Counted from the stretch's first letter, positions 18,437-28,813 are shown. The stretch is 64,000 nt of DNA from Candidatus Omnitrophota bacterium (GCA_013203315.1 JABMQJ010000020.1:77079-141078), one strand, 5' to 3'. Made by a program: numbers and translations. The notes: a model not told the origin generated them from the letters alone.

Positions 18437-18988
18437 TTAGTTGGTGATGATTTTTGAGACGGGAATGTCGTGCGAGTTTTTCGGTAGGCTTTCTACTATC
18501 TGAAAATCAAAGGCTAAACCGATGCTCAACCTGTCCTTGGGTAGTTTCTTCAAAAACCTGTCGTAGTAACCCTTGCCCCTGCCGAGGCGCCTATTCTTTT
18601 TATCAAACGCTACCCCCGGGACAATGATTAAGTCTAAATTTTCCGGTTGAACATCCTTTTGGCATTTTCGCGGTTCATATATTCCGTAGGTGCCTTTCTC
18701 CAGATCAGTAAGCCTATTAGTTATTTCTTTTGGAACGATTCTTTCCGAACTCGCCGAGAGCGGCAATGCCACTCTTTTTCCCGCCCTAAGCGCCTCATCG
18801 ATCATTTCCTCGGTGTTTACTTCTTTGTCAGTGGAGGCGTAGAGCATCACAAACTTTGCTTTTTTAAACTCAAGGCAAGAAAAAAGCTTTTCTTTTATTA
18901 CCCTACTCTTTCCTTCTGCTTCTTTCCTGTCCTGGTTATTTAGTTTTTCCAGTAGCTCCTTTCTGATTTGTTCCTTTGCTTCATGCAT
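18437..18988 (-). CDS. 5-formyltetrahydrofolate cyclo-ligase
   Basis: 183 aa. 5-FTHF cyclo-ligase family pattern (VPGVAFDKKNRRLGRGKGYYDRFL). Confidence 0.75.
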   Translation of the reverse strand: MHEAKEQIRKELLEKLNNQDRKEAEGKSRVIKEKLFSCLEFKKAKFVMLYASTDKEVNTEEMIDEALRAGKRVALPLSASSERIVPKEITNRLTDLEKGTYGIYEPRKCQKDVQPENLDLIIVPGVAFDKKNRRLGRGKGYYDRFLKKLPKDRLSIGLAFDFQIVESLPKNSHDIPVSKIITN

Positions 18989-19049
18989 TCTAAATTATAC
19001 ACCAAATTGCGTTGTTTTTCCAGCATTTTTTAACCGGTTTTTGCGCCGT

Positions 19050-19544
19050 TTATTCCAGGGCTTCGATATCGCTTACGAATACCTCTTTTGGCCTCATGCC
19101 GATGTATTTTTGGGCTATATTAAACTCTTTATCTATGATAATCGTAACGGGGATCGCGTTTATCGGGCCGTACAAACCGGCTATTTCGCTGCCATCGGCA
19201 ATTATGCTGAAGGTCAGGTTATTGCGTTCGGCGAAACTCTTCACCTTTGGCAGGCCTTCCCTCCCGACGTTTACGCCGATTATCTCTACCTTTTGCTTGT
19301 ATTCTCTCGCTATTTCGTTAAAATCAGGCATCTCTTTGCGGCACGGAGGGCACCATGTAGCGAAGAAATTCAGTAATATTACTTTGCCTGCATGGTCCGA
19401 CAGTCTTACGGTGTTTCCGTTTATATCTTGCGCTTCGAAGTCCATTGCCTTGCCGTATTCGCCTCTTTCTGCGCGGGTATTTCCGCAGCCAATTACGAAT
19501 ACTATGAAAAATAACGATAATAGAAAAATTATTCTTTTTTTCAC
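19050..19544 (-). CDS. TlpA/ResA-family thiol-disulfide oxidoreductase lipoprotein
   Basis: Lipoprotein signal with lipobox VIGC. Thioredoxin active site WCPPC. Confidence 0.7.
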   Translation of the reverse strand: MKKRIIFLLSLFFIVFVIGCGNTRAERGEYGKAMDFEAQDINGNTVRLSDHAGKVILLNFFATWCPPCRKEMPDFNEIAREYKQKVEIIGVNVGREGLPKVKSFAERNNLTFSIIADGSEIAGLYGPINAIPVTIIIDKEFNIAQKYIGMRPKEVFVSDIEALE

Positions 19545-19562
19545 ACCTTGTGCCTCCTTAGC

Positions 19563-20279
19563 CTATAATCGAATTCCTGTTAATAGAAGAATGCCGAAAA
19601 TTATAAAAACAGTGCCGGCTGTAATTGTAACCCAGCGTATGTATTTTCCGAATTTTTTGAAGTAAATTAAAAATGAATTTACCGCAAGGCCTGAGATAAA
19701 AAAGGGAAGTCCCAGCCCCAGCGAAAAGGCTATAAGCAGCTTAATGCCCATTTTTATGCTTGCCGTGCTTGATGCGTAGACGAGGATTGACCCTAAAATG
19801 GGGCCCACGCACGGCGTCCACGCTACCGCAAAGGTCGCACCTACTAATATTGAACCCAAAATAGAAACCCCGTCTTTTTTATAGGAAAGTTTTTTTTGTT
19901 TTTGCAGAAAAGGTATTTTTATAACTCCTATAATAATTAGTCCAAAAAAGATTATAAATATTCCGCCTATTCTTTTTAGTATCGGCTGATACTCCAAAAG
20001 TAGCTTCCCAAGAAAAGTAACACTTACGCCTAAAAGAACAAAAACAATGGTAAAACCTAATATAAAGCTTAAGGCGTGGAGGGCTGTTGACAGCCTTATT
20101 TGATTTTTTCTTTCTTTAGTGGGTTCTTTGGTGTCCTGGAAGGATACGCCTGTGAGATATGATATATACGCAGGAATCAGGGGCAATACGCACGGTGACA
20201 AAAAACTAAAAACCCCTGCCGTAAACGCCATTATAAAAGAGACATTTTCCATGGCCTGGACCTTTTTAAGCGCTTTCAA
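19563..20279 (-). CDS. ccdA: Cytochrome c-type biogenesis protein CcdA (DsbD-like disulfide transporter)
   Basis: 238 aa, 6 TM segments, conserved Cys in TM1 (SPCVLP) and TM4 (TPCVGP). Confidence 0.8.
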   Translation of the reverse strand: MKALKKVQAMENVSFIMAFTAGVFSFLSPCVLPLIPAYISYLTGVSFQDTKEPTKERKNQIRLSTALHALSFILGFTIVFVLLGVSVTFLGKLLLEYQPILKRIGGIFIIFFGLIIIGVIKIPFLQKQKKLSYKKDGVSILGSILVGATFAVAWTPCVGPILGSILVYASSTASIKMGIKLLIAFSLGLGLPFFISGLAVNSFLIYFKKFGKYIRWVTITAGTVFIIFGILLLTGIRL

Positions 20280-20296
20280 GACGCGCTTATGGTTTA

Positions 20297-21508
20297 CTAC
20301 TCTTTTACGGGGCGTTCTTTTAGGGGTTTAAAAGTTATTCCCGATTCTACCGAAGGCAATAGGGCTACCGGTTCAGTCAGTAAGAATTTCCCTTCTTTTA
20401 TCCAATTTTTCAGTTCTTCGGATATTTCCCTTGCCTTGGCATAACTGGAAAGCGAGGCAGTGGGCACATCTTTGCCTCGCACTTTAATAGAGCCTGAACG
20501 TAACTCTTTATAATTTACTTCCCCTAAAGAACGGGAGACCCCGTTCGGGTAGTCGTGAGAATAATCTACTATCTGAGCGAAAATTTCTTCGTCTTTTACC
20601 GTCGTGTATTTCAATATCTCTTCGTTAAGTATAGGTATTGGTATGCCGAGCCCGACTGTTAGCGTTACGCCGTATCCTTCGAAAGAGGTTCCGCGTAGCC
20701 ATTTTGCCTTCATGCCCTTAAGGTCGCCTGTAACTGCGATTGTACCTGCCGGCGCCTGCGGGACACCGTTTGCTTTACGCTTGACCCCGGGATTGTGTTG
20801 CGTTCCCTGCCAGGTAATGTAGCCTGTTCCTCCGCCTAAAAATATCTTCGTTCCGATACCGATGGTCCTGTAAAAAGGATCATTCAAAAGCGGTGAAAGC
20901 TGCCCGGCAGAACAATAATTGGCGTTAGCCAATTCTGGTTTTAAAATCCCCATGTAGGTATATATGGTCTTTTCTTTGTTCAGATTTACCGCGACATTAT
21001 AATTTTGGTAGCAGTTTCTCGGATTAAATAAAACCGCTTCATTTAAGTCTTTGATATTAATAAGTGTCGCTAATTTTTTTCTGGGGTAGCAGTCGGTTCC
21101 ATACACATTGCCGACTAGCCTTACATCTTTACCGGCTACTAAATCCTCTATTACATGCGCCCCGCCATATTCAAATTTGCCCGGGAAAACCTTGTTGCGC
21201 GGATCATCTTCAGCCATCGCCGTGGCGCCGATATAAATATCTACGGCTGCGAATCCGGCATACGCAATAACGTCATTCAGCGTTACCTTGCTTCCGCCCA
21301 ATTTTATCTTGGGTTTCGTATGGCCGGTATTAAAATATGCGCCGCTTGAGCACATAGGCCCAAAGGTGCCCGTTGTAACCACGTCGACTTTGCGAGCCGC
21401 ATTTTGTGGGCCATCTTTCCGGACGATGTCAATAATTTCTTCGGCCGTAACTATTACGGCGGTACCGCTTTTTATCTTTTCGTTTATTTCTTTTATTGTT
21501 TTGGCCAT
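20297..21508 (-). CDS. DUF39/COG1900-family protein (homocysteine-biosynthesis, sulfur-insertion type)
   Basis: 403 aa. N-terminus KEINEKIKSGTAVIVTAEEI...VDVVTTGTFGPMCSSGAYFN and GGAHVIEDL...GTDCYPRK resemble archaeal COG1900 proteins (from memory, not searched). Confidence 0.5.
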   Translation of the reverse strand: MAKTIKEINEKIKSGTAVIVTAEEIIDIVRKDGPQNAARKVDVVTTGTFGPMCSSGAYFNTGHTKPKIKLGGSKVTLNDVIAYAGFAAVDIYIGATAMAEDDPRNKVFPGKFEYGGAHVIEDLVAGKDVRLVGNVYGTDCYPRKKLATLINIKDLNEAVLFNPRNCYQNYNVAVNLNKEKTIYTYMGILKPELANANYCSAGQLSPLLNDPFYRTIGIGTKIFLGGGTGYITWQGTQHNPGVKRKANGVPQAPAGTIAVTGDLKGMKAKWLRGTSFEGYGVTLTVGLGIPIPILNEEILKYTTVKDEEIFAQIVDYSHDYPNGVSRSLGEVNYKELRSGSIKVRGKDVPTASLSSYAKAREISEELKNWIKEGKFLLTEPVALLPSVESGITFKPLKERPVKE

Positions 21509-21561
21509 TTTCTCTCCTAAAATGCTTATTTAACGCTGGGGTCGAATAGGTATTATATTAC

Positions 21562-22881
21562 TTATTTGCCTATGTTGTCAAGCTGTTCGAGCCAGGATTT
21601 TATCTTCTTTTCATATCCGATCGGTTGAGGCACATAGTACTTCTTTTTGTCGTATACGTAATCCTGTTTAACATAATGGCCTTCAAAATTGTGGGCGTAC
21701 TTGTATCCTACGCCATGCCCCAATTTTTTAGCACTGCGGTAAGAAGAGTCTTTCAGGTGATCCGGAACTTCCTTGGTTCTCTCATTCTCCGCATCTTCCA
21801 TCGCGCTTGTAATGCCCATGTAAGCGGCATTTGATTTAGGGGCACATGCTATGTAAACGGTTGCCTGCGCAAGCGGAATGCGCGCCTCCGGGAGCCCTAC
21901 GAACTCTGATATCTGTAACGCAGCATTAGCGAGAACGATCGCCTGGGGATCGGCATTGCCGACATCTTCTGCTGCGCAAATTACGATTCTTCGCGCAATA
22001 AAACGCGGGTCCTCGCCGGCCACAAGCATCTTCGCAAGCCAGTAAAGCGCCGCGTCAGGATCCGAACCGCGCATGCTTTTTATAAAGGCGCTCGCGGTAT
22101 CGTAATGCGCGTCCTCATCTTTGTCATAAATAATGGCCTTGCGCTGAATGGATTCTCTTGCTACTTCCATTGTAAAATCAATAACCTTATCTTTCGCCGG
22201 TTTTGTCGTTAAGGCGCCCACCTCCAGCGCGTTAAGGGCCCTCCTTGCGTCACCGTCGGATGCTTTAGCTAAAAACGTAAGCGCTTTTTTATCCATATTG
22301 ATTTTCATATTGCCCAGCCCCCGCTCTTTATCATTAATGGCTTTTTCCAGGATTGCGACAATTTCTTCGGTTTTGTGCGGCTTAAATTGAAAAACCTGTG
22401 AGCGCGAAAGAAGCGCGGAATTTATGGCGAAAAACGGATTATGCGTAGTTGTCCCTATCAATACGGGGTTGCCCTTTTCGACATCGGGCATGAGAACGTC
22501 TTGTTGGGCCTTATTAAATCTGTGAATTTCATCTATAAAAAGTATTGTCTTTTTTCCTTGAAGTTCCATCCTTTTTTTTGCGCGGGTGATAACGTCGCGC
22601 ACTTCGCTTACATTGCTTGAGGTAGCATTTATGTTTTCAAAAGAAGATGCGGTCGCCACTGATATGACGTAGCCAAGCGCGGTTTTGCCGCAACCGGGCG
22701 GGCCGTAAAAAATAAGGGACGTAATCCTGTCGGCCTCTATGGCGCGCTTCAGGAGTTTTCCTTCGCCCAGAATGTGTTCTTGGCCGACGAATTCATTTAA
22801 ATTGCGCGGCCGCATTTTTACGGACAGCGGTTCGATTTTCTTTGTAGCTATGGATTTTTTCTCGAAAAGGTCTTTTGGCAT
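21562..22881 (-). CDS. rarA: Replication-associated recombination protein A (MgsA/RarA AAA+ ATPase)
   Basis: 439 aa. Walker [12 protein letters not shown], MgsA C-terminal domain. Confidence 0.85.
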   Translation of the reverse strand: MPKDLFEKKSIATKKIEPLSVKMRPRNLNEFVGQEHILGEGKLLKRAIEADRITSLIFYGPPGCGKTALGYVISVATASSFENINATSSNVSEVRDVITRAKKRMELQGKKTILFIDEIHRFNKAQQDVLMPDVEKGNPVLIGTTTHNPFFAINSALLSRSQVFQFKPHKTEEIVAILEKAINDKERGLGNMKINMDKKALTFLAKASDGDARRALNALEVGALTTKPAKDKVIDFTMEVARESIQRKAIIYDKDEDAHYDTASAFIKSMRGSDPDAALYWLAKMLVAGEDPRFIARRIVICAAEDVGNADPQAIVLANAALQISEFVGLPEARIPLAQATVYIACAPKSNAAYMGITSAMEDAENERTKEVPDHLKDSSYRSAKKLGHGVGYKYAHNFEGHYVKQDYVYDKKKYYVPQPIGYEKKIKSWLEQLDNIGK

Positions 22882-22891
22882 GATTTTATTG

Positions 22892-23065
22892 AAAATTAAC
22901 CCTGCATGCGCCGTTTCAAAATGAAAAACTTTGGTCCGTCTTTTGTATAAGTGGGTGCCCTCCTCTTATATCCAAGGACATAAGAGAGTTAGGCTCCCGA
23001 GACCATTTTGTTGGATCAAGTTTTATCATCCCAATCACGAGCGCCGCAGGGTTGTAGTTTTTACC
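22892..23065 (-). ncRNA. Candidate structured RNA or long structured leader of rarA, with its own promoter and a long-range closing helix
   Basis: Minus-strand promoter TTGCTT (23100..23095), 16-nt spacer, TATAAT (23078..23073). The transcript would carry CCCUGC-G-GCGC near its 5' end pairing with GCGC-AU-GCAGGG (22912..22900), followed by UUAAUUUU. An internal hairpin CUCUUAU-N10-AUAAGAG sits at 22964..22987. No ORF of 60 aa or more. Confidence 0.25.
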
Positions 23066-23120
23066 TATAAGTATTATACTACCGGGTAAAATTAAAGCAA
23101 CAAAATAAAATAAGCCGGAA

Positions 23121-25169
23121 TTAGCGGAAAGAAATATGGAGTTTTTCGGAAAGGGTAGTTTTTATATCGGAGTGCAGACGATCGACCTCGGAGTCTTCCA
23201 GGGTCTTCTCGTCGCTTCTGTATTCAATCCTGTAAAGAAGCGCTCTTTTATTCTCCGGTATCTGTTTTCCTTTATAGCAATCCGCAAGGGAAATATCTTT
23301 TACGAGGTCTTTGCCTATTTCCTTTATAATGTTCTCCAGTTCCTGCGAGGTAACGCTTTTGTCCATTACCATGGATACGTCTCTCACGATCGAGGGATAT
23401 CTGCCGAAAGACGCGTATTTTTTGCTAAGACTTATTTTTTTGAATAGTTTTGTTATGTAAATTTCAGCATAAAATACATCTTTTTCTATATCAAATTTCC
23501 CGCACTCGGCTTTGCTAACCTCTCCCAGATGCCCTACGATATCTCCGTTTTGCTCCACGATAGAGGTAATGTTTTTATTAAATCCGGGGATACTGCCTTT
23601 TTTGAATACAACCCCTTTGAGCCCTGATTCATCTAATAGCTTTTCAAGTACTCCTTTTATGTCGAAAAAATCATACCCTTGCTTGTGGCTCCGCCAGTTG
23701 TCGCGTTTTATTCCTGCAAGGCCAATCGATAAAACAGGTTCTTCGACATAAGAGTTCCCTTTTTCTTTATAGGTCTTTCCGATCTCAAAAAGAGAAAGCT
23801 GCTTGGCTCTTCTATTAAAGTTATAGGAGATAGTCTCAAGCATGCCCGGTAAAAGTGTCGGCCGCATGATTTCCTGGTCTATACTTAATGGATTTTTGAT
23901 TGCCACGATCTGGTCCGGAGGCACGTCAAGGCCTTTTATTTTATTACGGTTAATCAGGGCATAGGTTATTATTTCATTTAAGCCTAAACGGATTAGGGCA
24001 TGACTTAGTTTTTCCTGAAAAAGGCTTATGGGTTCTTTTATCGTTGTATTACCCACGATCCGCGGGATGGTAACGGGTATTCTTTCATACCCGTATATAC
24101 GCGCTATTTCTTCAATAACGTTAATATCGTTTTTAACGTCTTCGCGGAAACCGGGAACTGCGATTTTTAGGAAATTATTTTTCCCGCTTACGGAAAACCC
24201 CAGGGCCTTTAGAATCTTTATTGCCTCGTTCTTCTTTATGGTTACGCCAAGAAGTGAATTTGTTTTTTTTATGGAAAGATTTATGTTTTTCGAATAAGAT
24301 GTTTTTTTTCCGACGTCGAAAAATTCCCCCTTTTCGCCCTTAGCGATCTCTGTTATGAGCTCACAGGCTCTCTCGGAGGCTTTTACAACCATGCCATTGT
24401 TAATTTTTCTTTCGAACCTATAGCTGGATTCCGAAGCAATGCCCAGGGCGCGCGATGTGCGCCTTACCGAGATAGGATCGAAAAACGCGCTCTCAAGAAG
24501 AATATTTTTAGTCATGTTGCTAACTTCTGTCTTTAATCCGCCCATGACACCTGCTATTGCAATTGGTTCCGATCCGTCAGCTATAACAAGCGTGTCATTT
24601 GTCATCGTTCTTGGAATATTATCGATAGTTATGATTTTTTCGTCACTGGCCGCGCGCCTTATAATTATACCTTCTTTTATTCTATCCAGGTCGAAAGCAT
24701 GCAGCGGCTGGCCTGTTTCGAAAAGAACGAAATTAGTTATGTCGACAATGTTGTTAACGGGTCTGAGCCCCACGGATATAATTCTATTCTTTAACCAATC
24801 CGGAGAGGGCCCTACCTCGACATCTTTTATAATCCTCGCGGTATAACGGAAACAAAGCTCCGGATTATTCAGTGTAATATTAAAAGAGGGTTTTTGTTTT
24901 TTGCTTTGCGCTTTTTGTTTTTTTCCGTCTCTAAGGTCTTTCGGCACCTTAAGGCTTTTCCCTAAAAGTGCGGCAAGTTCCCTGGCTACGCCCAAAACGC
25001 TTAGGCAGTCGGGGCGGTTGGCAGTTATTTCGAGCTCAAAAATATAGTCACCGCCCACGTTCTCGCAGGAGGCGACGTTAACGCCTGCCATCGTAAGAAG
25101 ATGAGCGATTTTCTTCGGATCTATTTTCGTGTCTACGTAATCTTTTAACCAGCTGTAACTAACTTTCAT
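23121..25169 (-). CDS. pheT: Phenylalanyl-tRNA synthetase beta subunit (short form)
   Basis: 682 aa. B1 N-terminus MKVSYSWLKDYV, B3/4, B5 and FDX-ACB domains. About 110 aa shorter than the canonical ~795-aa bacterial PheT, consistent with no EMAP/tRNA-binding OB domain. Confidence 0.9.
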   Translation of the reverse strand: MKVSYSWLKDYVDTKIDPKKIAHLLTMAGVNVASCENVGGDYIFELEITANRPDCLSVLGVARELAALLGKSLKVPKDLRDGKKQKAQSKKQKPSFNITLNNPELCFRYTARIIKDVEVGPSPDWLKNRIISVGLRPVNNIVDITNFVLFETGQPLHAFDLDRIKEGIIIRRAASDEKIITIDNIPRTMTNDTLVIADGSEPIAIAGVMGGLKTEVSNMTKNILLESAFFDPISVRRTSRALGIASESSYRFERKINNGMVVKASERACELITEIAKGEKGEFFDVGKKTSYSKNINLSIKKTNSLLGVTIKKNEAIKILKALGFSVSGKNNFLKIAVPGFREDVKNDINVIEEIARIYGYERIPVTIPRIVGNTTIKEPISLFQEKLSHALIRLGLNEIITYALINRNKIKGLDVPPDQIVAIKNPLSIDQEIMRPTLLPGMLETISYNFNRRAKQLSLFEIGKTYKEKGNSYVEEPVLSIGLAGIKRDNWRSHKQGYDFFDIKGVLEKLLDESGLKGVVFKKGSIPGFNKNITSIVEQNGDIVGHLGEVSKAECGKFDIEKDVFYAEIYITKLFKKISLSKKYASFGRYPSIVRDVSMVMDKSVTSQELENIIKEIGKDLVKDISLADCYKGKQIPENKRALLYRIEYRSDEKTLEDSEVDRLHSDIKTTLSEKLHISFR

Positions 25170-25187
25170 TTCCTACCCCTAGACCGT

Positions 25188-26198
25188 CTAAAACTGCTTT
25201 AAAAACCTGATATCGTTCTCGAAAAATAGCCTTATATCATCTATGCCGTATTTTAGCATTGCGATTCGCTCCACGCCCATTCCGAAAGCAAGTCCTGTAA
25301 ACGCGCCGGAAGGGTAGCCTACGGCTTCGAAAACACGCGGATTCACCATGCCTGCGCCTAAGATCTCGAGCCAGCCCGTATGCGAGCAAACGCGGCAACC
25401 TTTACCCCGACATATAATACAAGATATGTCCACCTCCGCAGATGGCTCCGTAAACGGGAAAAAGCTTGGTCTGAATCGCGTTTTTGTTTTTTCGCCGAAC
25501 ATACGTTTTGTAAAAAGATCTAAAAGGCCTTTTAAATCTGAAAATTTAATATCTTTATCCACCATAAGCCCTTCGACTTGATGAAACATAAACGAATGCG
25601 ATGCGTCAACTGCGTCGGGCCTATAAACCCTGCCCGGCATAATTGCCTGGATTGGCGGCTTGGTTTTTTCCATGATTCTTATCTGAACCGTTGATGTGTG
25701 ACTTCTTAAAAGCACATCTTCCTTTATATAAAACGTATCGAATGCGTCCCTTGATGGGTGGTCAAGTGGAATATTAAGTGCTTCAAAATTATAAAATTCT
25801 TTTTCTATTTCCGGGCCTTCTACTATTTTAAACCCGAGAGAAATAAATATATCGTTTATTTCATTCAGGGTCTTCGTGATAGGGTGGAGTCGCCCTTCTC
25901 TGGGAAGGATGCCCGGCATGGTAATGTCTACAAGGCGTTCTTTTACCGACGCACTTAAAGAAAGCTTCTCTTTTTTCTTCTCGAGTTCTTTTTGAATGTG
26001 TCCTTTTAAGAGGTTTAGCTCCTTGCCGATAACAGGCTTGGCCTTACTGTCAAGTGCAGGAAGCTTTCCCATTAATTCGGAAATAATACCTTTTCTGCCG
26101 AGATATTTGACCCTTACATTTTCCAGTAATTTCGCGTCAGTTACCAGGGCAAGGTCTTTTTCAAACGCATTTCTTGTGTTATTAATTTCGTCTTGCAT
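25188..26198 (-). CDS. pheS: Phenylalanyl-tRNA synthetase alpha subunit
   Basis: 336 aa. Class II core with motifs 2 and 3 (FRPSFFPFTEPSAEVD, GLAFGMGVERIAML). Confidence 0.9.
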   Translation of the reverse strand: MQDEINNTRNAFEKDLALVTDAKLLENVRVKYLGRKGIISELMGKLPALDSKAKPVIGKELNLLKGHIQKELEKKKEKLSLSASVKERLVDITMPGILPREGRLHPITKTLNEINDIFISLGFKIVEGPEIEKEFYNFEALNIPLDHPSRDAFDTFYIKEDVLLRSHTSTVQIRIMEKTKPPIQAIMPGRVYRPDAVDASHSFMFHQVEGLMVDKDIKFSDLKGLLDLFTKRMFGEKTKTRFRPSFFPFTEPSAEVDISCIICRGKGCRVCSHTGWLEILGAGMVNPRVFEAVGYPSGAFTGLAFGMGVERIAMLKYGIDDIRLFFENDIRFLKQF

Positions 26199-26878
26199 TA
26201 CTGTTTCTTTTTTAGCTTTTCTATATTTTCATTCGGTCCCAAAACTACGAGGATATCACCCTTTTTTATGGTGTCTTCGGCTTTTGGGGATACGTTTACA
26301 ATTTCCTCTTCGCTTTTCTTGGATGCGGAAGGGATTTTTCTTTTTACCGCGATCACATTTACCCCGAACCTGGCGCGGACATCTATTTCCCTTAAAGATT
26401 TACCTATGAAATCTTTCGGCGTGACGAGCTCTACAATGCTCGATTCGTCGGAAAGCTCCAGATGTTCAATGACGCTGGTGGAAATAAGGCTATTGGCGAC
26501 GCGGGCGCCTATTTCTTTTTCCGGCTGAATAACTTTTGATGCCCCGATTTTTTCCAATACCTTCTTGTGGTCCTCGCTTATGGCCTTGCATACGACTTCT
26601 TTTATGCCGATTTCTTTCAGGTTAAGTGTGATCAGTATGCTTGCCTCGAGATTCGTACCCACGCCGACAATGGCTACGTCTACATTATCTATGCCGACGC
26701 TTCTTAGCGCTTTTTCGTCGGTCGCGTCCAGACAAACTGCCTGCGTTACTTCATCGGAAATATCCTGAGTTATGTGCTCACCTACGTCTATTGCAAGAAC
26801 CTGATGCCCTTTTTCGGAAAGCGTTTTTGCCACGCTTCGGCCGAATCTGCCTAAGCCTATAACAGCGAATTGTCTCAT
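26198..26878 (-). CDS. trkA: Trk/Ktr potassium uptake NAD-binding subunit
   Basis: 226 aa. Rossmann GxGxxG motif MRQFAVIGLGRFGRSVAKTL, TrkA-N and TrkA-C domains. Confidence 0.8.
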   Translation of the reverse strand: MRQFAVIGLGRFGRSVAKTLSEKGHQVLAIDVGEHITQDISDEVTQAVCLDATDEKALRSVGIDNVDVAIVGVGTNLEASILITLNLKEIGIKEVVCKAISEDHKKVLEKIGASKVIQPEKEIGARVANSLISTSVIEHLELSDESSIVELVTPKDFIGKSLREIDVRARFGVNVIAVKRKIPSASKKSEEEIVNVSPKAEDTIKKGDILVVLGPNENIEKLKKKQ

Positions 26879-26892
26879 TTTTACCCCCTTAT

Positions 26893-28242
26893 TTATCCGA
26901 TCATAATTTTTTCTTCGGGATAGGCGTAGGCTACTCTTTCGCGCTGAAGCGCTATCGCCAGTGCTAAAGTTAAAGGCCCTATCCTTCCCGCAAACATCGT
27001 AAGTATTATAATTAATTTTCCGGCCGCGCTTAGCGTAGGCGTGATCCCTGTCGAAAGCCCGACGGTTCCAAATGCGGATGTCACTTCGAATAGTATGCGT
27101 AAAAAGAAATTATCGAATAATGCGGAATTTTTGCATTCTGTAAGTGCCAATAAAAATACGGCACCAAAAATCCACAAGAACGCCAGGAATACAACAACCA
27201 AAGATTTGCGTACAACTTCTTTTGGGATGGTTTTTTTGAATATCGACACCCTGTCTCTGTTTTTTATCATCGAAAATGCCGTGGCAAGAAGCACACCGAA
27301 TGTGCATGTTTTAATGCCGCCCCCCGTCGAACCGGGCGAGGCTCCTATAAACATTAAGAATACGAAAAAGAATAAAGTGGGTACCGCGAGGCTGCCTATG
27401 TTAAGCGTGTTGAACCCGGCCGTCCTTGTCGTAACCGACTGAAAAAATGAACCCAGTATTTTTTCTTTCATGGAAAGGCCCGCCATCGTATTGTTGCTTT
27501 CGGTAAAGAAAAATAAAAGCGCGCCGAGCAAGATAAGGCCGAATGTAATTGTAATAGCGACTTTTGTCTGAATGCTTACGCGGTAGAATGGTTTTTTTTC
27601 GGTCAGGCGCGGTAATTCCAAAATAACTATGAATCCGATACCCCCGATTACTATGAGAGAAATCATAATTAGGTTTATGTAGGTATCTCCCGCGAACGCG
27701 GTAAAGCTTTTGGAGAATAACGAAAAACCGGCATTACAAAAGGCGCTTATAGCGTGAAATACGGAATTTATTAAAAGGCTTCCCATGGACCAATCCATGG
27801 TCTTGCTCCAGCGCAAGGCGAGGCAAATCGCTCCCAGGAATTCTATACCGAGAGTAATCAAAAGGATGTATTTTAGAAGGGAGGATAAGTTTTGCACCTT
27901 ATTAGGCGCCATTGTCCTCTGGATAACAACGTCGTGTTTTATCGTAAGTTTTCTGCCAAGTAGGACGGCAAAAAGCGTTGAGAATGTCATGATACCGAGC
28001 CCGCCCATCTGCACGAGGACAAGTATGACAGCTTTTCCGAAACCGGAAAAATAGGTCCCTGTATCTCTTACGATAAGCCCTGTCACGCAAGTCGCGCTCG
28101 TAGCTGTAAAGAGGCTGTCGATCAAAGAAAGCGACTTGCCGCTTTTGGAGGCGAACGGCATACTTAAAAGTACGGCGCCTATAAGTATCGCCACCAAAAA
28201 GCTAATAGCTACGATTTGCGGCGGGTTCAGCTTTTTTAGCAT
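26893..28242 (-). CDS. trkH: TrkH/KtrB potassium transporter membrane subunit
   Basis: 449 aa polytopic protein with repeated selectivity-filter-like GxG segments (GFN/GLS). Confidence 0.8.
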   Translation of the reverse strand: MLKKLNPPQIVAISFLVAILIGAVLLSMPFASKSGKSLSLIDSLFTATSATCVTGLIVRDTGTYFSGFGKAVILVLVQMGGLGIMTFSTLFAVLLGRKLTIKHDVVIQRTMAPNKVQNLSSLLKYILLITLGIEFLGAICLALRWSKTMDWSMGSLLINSVFHAISAFCNAGFSLFSKSFTAFAGDTYINLIMISLIVIGGIGFIVILELPRLTEKKPFYRVSIQTKVAITITFGLILLGALLFFFTESNNTMAGLSMKEKILGSFFQSVTTRTAGFNTLNIGSLAVPTLFFFVFLMFIGASPGSTGGGIKTCTFGVLLATAFSMIKNRDRVSIFKKTIPKEVVRKSLVVVFLAFLWIFGAVFLLALTECKNSALFDNFFLRILFEVTSAFGTVGLSTGITPTLSAAGKLIIILTMFAGRIGPLTLALAIALQRERVAYAYPEEKIMIG

Positions 28243-28595
28243 TATTTTTTTGTTTTTGCAAGTTCCGTAAGTTTACTGAATGCTTTTTTATCGTTCATGG
28301 CTAAGTCTGCCAGAATTTTTCGATTTAGCGTGATTTTTGCTTTTTTAAGCCCATTCATGAATTTGCTGTAAGAAAGACCGTCCGCCTTGCAACCGGCATT
28401 TATTCTCACAATCCATAGATTCCTGAAAAGACGCTTCTTCTGCTTTCTGTCCCGGTAGCTGTAATACATGCCTTTTTGGACGGACTCCTTGGCTGTTCTG
28501 TAGAGCTTGGACCTTCCGCCAAATTGGCCTTTTGCTTTTTTTAAAACCTTTTTTCTTCTTTTTTTGCTCGCAACTTTGAATTTTACCTTAGTCAT
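28242..28595 (-). CDS. rplT: 50S ribosomal protein L20
   Basis: 117 aa. KKAKGQFGGRSKLYRTAKESV...RDRKQKKRLFRNLWIVRINA. Confidence 0.9.
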   Translation of the reverse strand: MTKVKFKVASKKRRKKVLKKAKGQFGGRSKLYRTAKESVQKGMYYSYRDRKQKKRLFRNLWIVRINAGCKADGLSYSKFMNGLKKAKITLNRKILADLAMNDKKAFSKLTELAKTKK

Positions 28596-28603
28596 CTCGC
28601 CTC

Positions 28604-28801
28604 CTACCCATATGGCATAAGTCTTTTAATCATTCTTGCTTCGCCCTTTGACACGATCCCCGATCTTCTCAGGGCCCTTTTACGCTTTCTTGATTTTCCC
28701 GTCAGCAAATGGCCCTTGCAAGACCTTGACCTTTTAACCTTCCCTCTTCCGGTAAGTTTAAAACGTTTTTTTACTGATTTTTTTGTTTTTAATTTAGGCA
28801 T
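28604..28801 (-). CDS. rpmI: 50S ribosomal protein L35
   Basis: 65 aa. MPKLKTKKSVKKRFKLTGRGKVKR. Confidence 0.9.
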   Translation of the reverse strand: MPKLKTKKSVKKRFKLTGRGKVKRSRSCKGHLLTGKSRKRKRALRRSGIVSKGEARMIKRLMPYG

Positions 28802-28813
28802 TTTTTACTCCCT

